From Klebsiella phage 6 LV-2017: DNA of 19,260 nt. Location: the sequence record KY271400.1; one strand, 5' to 3'. Position numbers and translations under genes: made by a program. The notes beneath the pieces were generated by a model that made no database searches, was not told where the DNA came from, and saw nothing but the letters and a program-made list of their open reading frames with translations. Positions 15,036 through 19,260 of this stretch are shown piece by piece. How positions within the stretch are numbered: the stretch's first letter is position 1; every line of letters begins with the position of its first letter.

Positions 15036-15559
15036 CTGATTATGGCGGATCGAAAACTCCAAAAAATGAACGTGACTACTGGCAAACACCGATTGAAATT
15101 TTCAACGCGCTCGACCGCGAGTTTGGCTTCTGGCTGGATGCTGCAGCCTCTGAGAGTAATGCGCTATGCGCTCACTATCTCACTGAGCTGGATGACTCGC
15201 TGAACAGCGAATGGACGTCATGCGGCTCAATATGGTGTAACCCGCCCTATTCCGATATCGGTCCATGGGTAGAAAAAGCTGCTGAGCAATCCCGGGCGCA
15301 GTCTCAGGCCGTAGTGATGTTGCTACCAGCTGACATCTCTACTGGCTGGTTTATTTCAGCCATGCAATCAGCTGATGAACTCAGGCTCATAACCGGCGGC
15401 CGTGTTCAGTTTGTTCCGGCATCCGTTACAGGAAAGCGCCAGAGCAACCCCAAAGGCTCGCTCCTGTTTATCTGGCGCCCGTACATCACCCCGCGACACA
15501 TCATCACGACCGTATCGCTGGCTGAGTTAAAGCGGATCGGGAATCTGGAGGCTGCATGA
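15032..15559 (+). CDS. Phage Dam-family DNA N6-adenine methyltransferase
   Basis: DYWQTP...FWLDAAAS...CNPPYSD are the signature motifs of the phage Dam (PF05869-type) family. Confidence 0.85.
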   Translation: MTDYGGSKTPKNERDYWQTPIEIFNALDREFGFWLDAAASESNALCAHYLTELDDSLNSEWTSCGSIWCNPPYSDIGPWVEKAAEQSRAQSQAVVMLLPADISTGWFISAMQSADELRLITGGRVQFVPASVTGKRQSNPKGSLLFIWRPYITPRHIITTVSLAELKRIGNLEAA

Positions 15560-16326
15560 GCAAAGGAACCATTATCTGCCTGTGCGATATCACTGGCGTC
15601 ATGGCTGAGCCATGGGTCGAAGCAGGTTATCGCGCCGTCCTGGTTGACCCGCAGCACCCTGAAACTTCGATCGACGGTCCTGTTGAGCGTATATCGGCAA
15701 CCATCCTTGAGGCGATGCCGCGGCTATCTCAGATCATCCGCTCTGAGAACGTCGTCATCGTCATCGGCTTCCCACCATGCACGGACGTGGCTGTTTCCGG
15801 TTCCCGCTGGTTCGAGTCCAAGCGCGCCAAAGACCCGCATTTCCAGGCCAAGGCTGCGCTGGTCGCTGAGCAATGCCGGATGGTTGGCTTGGCGGCCGGC
15901 TGCCCGTGGGCATTCGAAAACCCGGTGAGCGTGTTCAGTAGCATCTTCGGCTCGGCCGATTACACGTTCCATCCGTACCAGTTCACTGGGCTGTGCGCTG
16001 ATGACAACTACACGAAGCAGACATGCCTCTGGACGGGTAACGGCTTCAAGGCGCCGGCAGAAAATATGCACCCGATGGTTGAAGCGGCTATCGACGCCGT
16101 GAGGCTGGCCTGCGGCCGCATGGTGCCGAAGAAAAAGGCGATCGAAGCCATATCCGGGACGTCCTTTGCCAGATTGGTGACTGACTGGTATCCGGACAAC
16201 CGAATTCACGAATGTCCGCCCAGCGACGAGCGCGCCAACATTCGCAGCGCAACGCCTCTTGGATTTGCAAAGGCGGTTTTCCTTTCGAATGCACCCCATC
16301 CCAACAAGAAGCGGGAGGCAGCATGA
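15556..16326 (+). CDS. Atypical C5-cytosine-MTase-like protein (PPC and ENP motifs, degenerate SAM motif I)
   Basis: IGFPPCTDVAVSG resembles motif IV (GFPPCQ) and AFENP resembles motif VI (ENV). No F-x-G-x-G-G is present. It is ATGA-coupled to the Dam gene. Confidence 0.5.
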   Translation: MSKGTIICLCDITGVMAEPWVEAGYRAVLVDPQHPETSIDGPVERISATILEAMPRLSQIIRSENVVIVIGFPPCTDVAVSGSRWFESKRAKDPHFQAKAALVAEQCRMVGLAAGCPWAFENPVSVFSSIFGSADYTFHPYQFTGLCADDNYTKQTCLWTGNGFKAPAENMHPMVEAAIDAVRLACGRMVPKKKAIEAISGTSFARLVTDWYPDNRIHECPPSDERANIRSATPLGFAKAVFLSNAPHPNKKREAA

Positions 16327-16541
16327 CGCCAGAAGAAAAGAAAAATGCGCTCAGAAGCATCGCACGCAGGGCTAACGATGAGGTTAATGCAAAACGGCGG
16401 TCATCTCCCGCTTTAAGTTGCGACGAGATATCACGACCGATCCTCAACGGATGCATGCCGCTGATAAAGCAGCTTGGGTTAACGCCAAGCCATCTCTATG
16501 TGGAGATAGGTATTTTGAACGGATATATAAAGGAGCGCTGA
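16323..16541 (+). CDS. Hypothetical protein (72 aa)
   Basis: Internal Met of the 16212..16541 ORF whose ATG overlaps the upstream stop (ATGA). Confidence 0.45.
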   Translation: MTPEEKKNALRSIARRANDEVNAKRRSSPALSCDEISRPILNGCMPLIKQLGLTPSHLYVEIGILNGYIKER

Positions 16542-16542
16542 C

Positions 16543-16758
16543 ATGCCAGAAATCATTGATCAGGCCAACGAGTTAGAGGAACTCCAGCGGGAAGTCAGCA
16601 TTGCGAAATGTCGCATCAACCACAACGCAGTTTCGGCTACTCACTGCCGCGACTGCGGGGAAGAGATACCCGAGCGGCGCCGGGAACTGGTGGCGGGATG
16701 CCAGCGCTGTGCTGATTGTCAGGAAGACGAGGAATTACGCGGTAAGCATCGGAGGTGA
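16543..16758 (+). CDS. TraR/DksA-family C4 zinc-finger protein
   Basis: CRDCGEEIPERRR...CQRCADCQ is a C4 finger. An AAGGAG SD lies upstream. Confidence 0.75.
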   Translation: MPEIIDQANELEELQREVSIAKCRINHNAVSATHCRDCGEEIPERRRELVAGCQRCADCQEDEELRGKHRR

Positions 16759-16761
16759 TGC

Positions 16762-17007
16762 ATGCAGACAATAATCCAGATCGAGCCAAACGAATGGGTT
16801 TCAGAGGACTTGCTGATGGCAGTCACAGGTATGAAGCGCGGTACCATTACACGGGCCCGCAAATCATCCTGGCTGCTTGGGCGTGAGTATAAGCACGTTT
16901 CCCCTGAAGGAGAGCCAAAGCCAACCAGCGAATGCATGTACAACCGCAAAGCGGTAGACGCATGGATTCAGGCGCAAAAGCAACCATTGGGTGATCGGGC
17001 GGTATGA
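16762..17007 (+). CDS. xis: Excisionase-like protein (Xis)
   Basis: It lies directly upstream of int with a GGAGGTG SD. The EW...TG...I.R....W..G.....VSP.G.P pattern matches excisionase-like proteins. Confidence 0.6.
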   Translation: MQTIIQIEPNEWVSEDLLMAVTGMKRGTITRARKSSWLLGREYKHVSPEGEPKPTSECMYNRKAVDAWIQAQKQPLGDRAV

Positions 17008-17049
17008 AACAGGTAAACTTGCAACGCTCCTGGACGTCGGGAGGGATAA

Positions 17050-18309
17050 ATGAGTAAAGAATCATACCCAACGGGCGTTGAGAACCACGGAAAATCACTC
17101 CGCATATGGTTCATTTTTAAAGGTAAGCGTGTCAGGGAAAATCTCGGTGTCCCTGACACCGCTAAAAACAGGAAGGTGGCCGGGGAACTGCGAACATCAG
17201 TTTGTTTCGCTATCCGCATGGGGACCTTTGACTATGCGGCCCAATTCCCCAACTCGCCAAATCTGAAAAATTTCGGCATCGGCAAGAAAGATATCACCGT
17301 GAAAGATTTGTCTGAAAAATGGCTTGAGCTTAAACGGATGGAGATCTGCGCTAATGCCATAAACAGGTATGAATCGGTAGTGAGAAGCATGCTGCCGAAG
17401 GTTGGCGCGAAGAAGCTGGTTTCGTCTGTGACAAGAGAAGAGCTTCTCTATATCAGGAAGGATATGCTGGCGGGGGATAAAGGGTTGAGTGTGGTGACTG
17501 TAAACTACTACATGACCACGATCGCGGGTATGTTTCAGTTCGCTGTTGATAATGGCTATGTGAGTGAAAACCCGTTTAACGGCATCAAGCCGCTAAAGAG
17601 GGCCAGGATAGAACCAGATCCGCTCACACGTGATGAATTCGTTCGCTTCATAGATGCCTGCAAGCATCAGCAAACGAAAAACCTGTGGTCAATTGCGGTA
17701 TACACAGGATTACGTCACGGTGAGCTGGTATCCCTCGCATGGGAAGACATAGATCTGAAAACTGGAACGATGACCATACGCCGGAATTATACGAAACTCG
17801 GTGATTTCACTCTACCAAAAACCGAAGCCGGTACCGACAGGGTCGTTCACCTGATCAAGCCAGCCATTGACGCTTTGAGGAACCAGGCGGAAATGACCAG
17901 GTTAGGCAGGCAGTATCAGGTTGAGGTACAACTGCGGGAGTATGGCCGAACGGTCATTCACGACTGTACATTTGTGTTCAATCCTCAGTTGGTTAAAAAA
18001 AGTGGCAGCGTAGGTTACCTGTACAAAGCCGATTCAGTTGGTGACTCATGGGATGCGGCGCTTAAACGGTCAGGTTTAAGGCACCGCAAGGCGTATCAGT
18101 CGAGACACACTTACGCCTGCTGGTCGCTGTCTGCCGGGGCCAATCCGAGTTTCATTGCCAGCCAGATGGGACACTCCAGCGCCCAGATGGTTTTCAATGT
18201 TTACGGCGCCTGGATGGCCGACAGTAGCAGCGATCAGATTGCCATGCTGAACCAGAAATTATCGGACTTTGCCCCATCCATGCCCCATGGCATGGTTATA
18301 GGAATATGA
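17050..18309 (+). CDS. int: Tyrosine integrase
   Basis: The catalytic R...HxxR...Y is present (RHTYA, MGHSS, NVYGAW). A GGGAGGG SD lies upstream. It is the last phage gene before the host DNA. Confidence 0.9.
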   Translation: MSKESYPTGVENHGKSLRIWFIFKGKRVRENLGVPDTAKNRKVAGELRTSVCFAIRMGTFDYAAQFPNSPNLKNFGIGKKDITVKDLSEKWLELKRMEICANAINRYESVVRSMLPKVGAKKLVSSVTREELLYIRKDMLAGDKGLSVVTVNYYMTTIAGMFQFAVDNGYVSENPFNGIKPLKRARIEPDPLTRDEFVRFIDACKHQQTKNLWSIAVYTGLRHGELVSLAWEDIDLKTGTMTIRRNYTKLGDFTLPKTEAGTDRVVHLIKPAIDALRNQAEMTRLGRQYQVEVQLREYGRTVIHDCTFVFNPQLVKKSGSVGYLYKADSVGDSWDAALKRSGLRHRKAYQSRHTYACWSLSAGANPSFIASQMGHSSAQMVFNVYGAWMADSSSDQIAMLNQKLSDFAPSMPHGMVIGI

Positions 18310-19085
18310 GAATGATAAAAATCAGTAAGTTAGTGCATCACGCCCGCCACTTTAACTGCGTGGAGGGCAACACCACCCTGTATGCGCTACCAAAGCCGGA
18401 GATTGTCGCCCGCTGGTACGAACAGACCCACGATGACTTCCGCTTCTGCTTCAAATTCCCGGCCACCATCTCGCACCAGGCCGCCCTGCGCCATTGCGAC
18501 GAGTTAAGCAGCGAATTTTTTGCCCGCCTGGCGCCGCTGGCCTCGCGCATCGGCCAGTACTGGCTGCAGCTGCCGGCGACGTTCGGTCCTCGCGATCTCC
18601 CCGCGCTATGGCATTTTCTCGACGGACTGCCGAAGGATTTCACCTACGGCGTCGAAGTTCGTCATCCCGAGTTTTTCGCCAAAGGGGAAGCGGAACAGCA
18701 GCTCAACCGCGGGCTGCACGAGCGTAACGTCAACCGCGTGATCCTCGACAGCCGCCCGGTCCATAGCGCTGCGGCCACCAGTCCGGCGATGATCGATGCC
18801 CAACAAAAGAAACCGAAGGTGCCGGTACATGCGGTGATGACCGCCCGACAGCCAATGGTGCGGTTTATCGGCGGTGACGATATGGCCCATAACCGGGAAC
18901 TGTTTCGCGTCTGGCTTCAGACCCTGGCGAAGTGGCATCAGTCGGGGACCCCGTGGTTGTTCCTGCATACCCCGGACATTGCTTTCGCCCCGGCGCTGGT
19001 GGATACCCTGTGGGGTGACCTGCGCGCTGCCCTGCCGGCGGCAGGAAATGCGCCGTCGATTCCGCAGCAATCTTCTCTTTTCTGA
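18306..19085 (+). CDS. yecE: DUF72/YecE-like host protein whose 5' end has been replaced by phage-derived sequence (integration target)
   Basis: From ARHFNCVEGNTTLYALPKPE onward it reads as a conserved YecE-type protein. The first 12 or so codons (MRMIKISKLVHH) overlap the int stop and look phage-supplied. Confidence 0.55.
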   Translation: MRMIKISKLVHHARHFNCVEGNTTLYALPKPEIVARWYEQTHDDFRFCFKFPATISHQAALRHCDELSSEFFARLAPLASRIGQYWLQLPATFGPRDLPALWHFLDGLPKDFTYGVEVRHPEFFAKGEAEQQLNRGLHERNVNRVILDSRPVHSAAATSPAMIDAQQKKPKVPVHAVMTARQPMVRFIGGDDMAHNRELFRVWLQTLAKWHQSGTPWLFLHTPDIAFAPALVDTLWGDLRAALPAAGNAPSIPQQSSLF

Positions 19086-19137
19086 TATCCTGCTATCATA
19101 TCCGGAGCCATCTGCCAGAGTTAAAGGGAGTTTTCGT

Positions 19138-19260
19138 ATGGTCAGCGCGCTGTATGCCGTTTTAGGTGCGTTATTGTTAGTGAAGTTCTCATTTGACGTG
19201 GTGCGTCTGCGCACCCAATACCATGTAGGCTACGGTGACGGCGGCTTTAGCGAGCTGCAG
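19138..19260 (+). CDS. yecN: Start of a YecN-like MAPEG-family inner-membrane protein (partial, runs off the window)
   Basis: Sequence is MVSALYAVLGALLLVKFSFDVVRLRTQYHVGYGDGGFSELQ. It lies downstream of the yecE-like gene as in enterobacterial chromosomes. Confidence 0.45.
   Translation, partial: MVSALYAVLGALLLVKFSFDVVRLRTQYHVGYGDGGFSELQ

Larger units (their letters stand above)
1..18330. mobile_element. Lambdoid prophage, early/immunity/nin/lysis portion. It continues past the left edge. The right boundary is just after int, about 18310-18350.
   Basis: The gene content and order mirror lambda: int, xis, exo, bet, gam, PL/OL, cI, OR, cro, cII, O, P, nin, Q, late promoter, lysis. Host-like yecE/yecN lie to the right. 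Confidence 0.85.

Noticed and set aside
15724-16299. 191-aa Arg-rich minus-strand ORF
   Set aside because: It is antisense to the MTase-like gene and is a typical high-GC reverse-frame artefact.

Overview
Almost the whole window (1 to about 18330) is the early, immunity, replication, nin and lysis region of a lambdoid prophage. The right edge runs into host DNA: a DUF72/YecE-like gene and the start of a YecN-like gene.

On the plus strand the order is a P2-style lysis cassette, a late leader, the early-right operon, the immunity region and the PL operon.

(1) Lysis cassette, minus strand: dual-start holin, GH108 endolysin, LysA-like membrane protein, i-spanin, and an overlapped o-spanin lipoprotein.

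(2) Late leader: a tRNA-Gly(UCC), two intrinsic terminators, and a PR'-like promoter downstream of a Q-like antiterminator.

(3) Early-right operon, minus strand, a long chain of translationally coupled genes: cro-like, cII, O with ori iterons, DnaC-like P, seven coupled hypotheticals, a nin-type terminator, NinB, NinE-like, NinG, NinH-like, Q.

(4) Immunity region: divergent PR/PRM with shared TAGCAAT...ATTGCTA-type operators. cI is on the plus strand and is followed by a conspicuously AT-rich two-gene moron in the rexAB position, then a terminator. A small convergent acidic gene follows, then OL/PL.

(5) PL operon, plus strand: small hydrophobic ORFs, Gam, Bet, Exo, a Dam-family N6-MTase, an atypical C5-MTase-like protein, TraR/DksA, Xis-like, and a tyrosine integrase abutting the interrupted yecE-like gene.

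No N-like protein is visible. The most likely undescribed system is the cI-cotranscribed two-gene moron at 11250..12100, a lysogen-expressed candidate exclusion/abortive-infection module. Secondary candidates are the small acidic gene next to OL and the degenerate C5-MTase-like enzyme.
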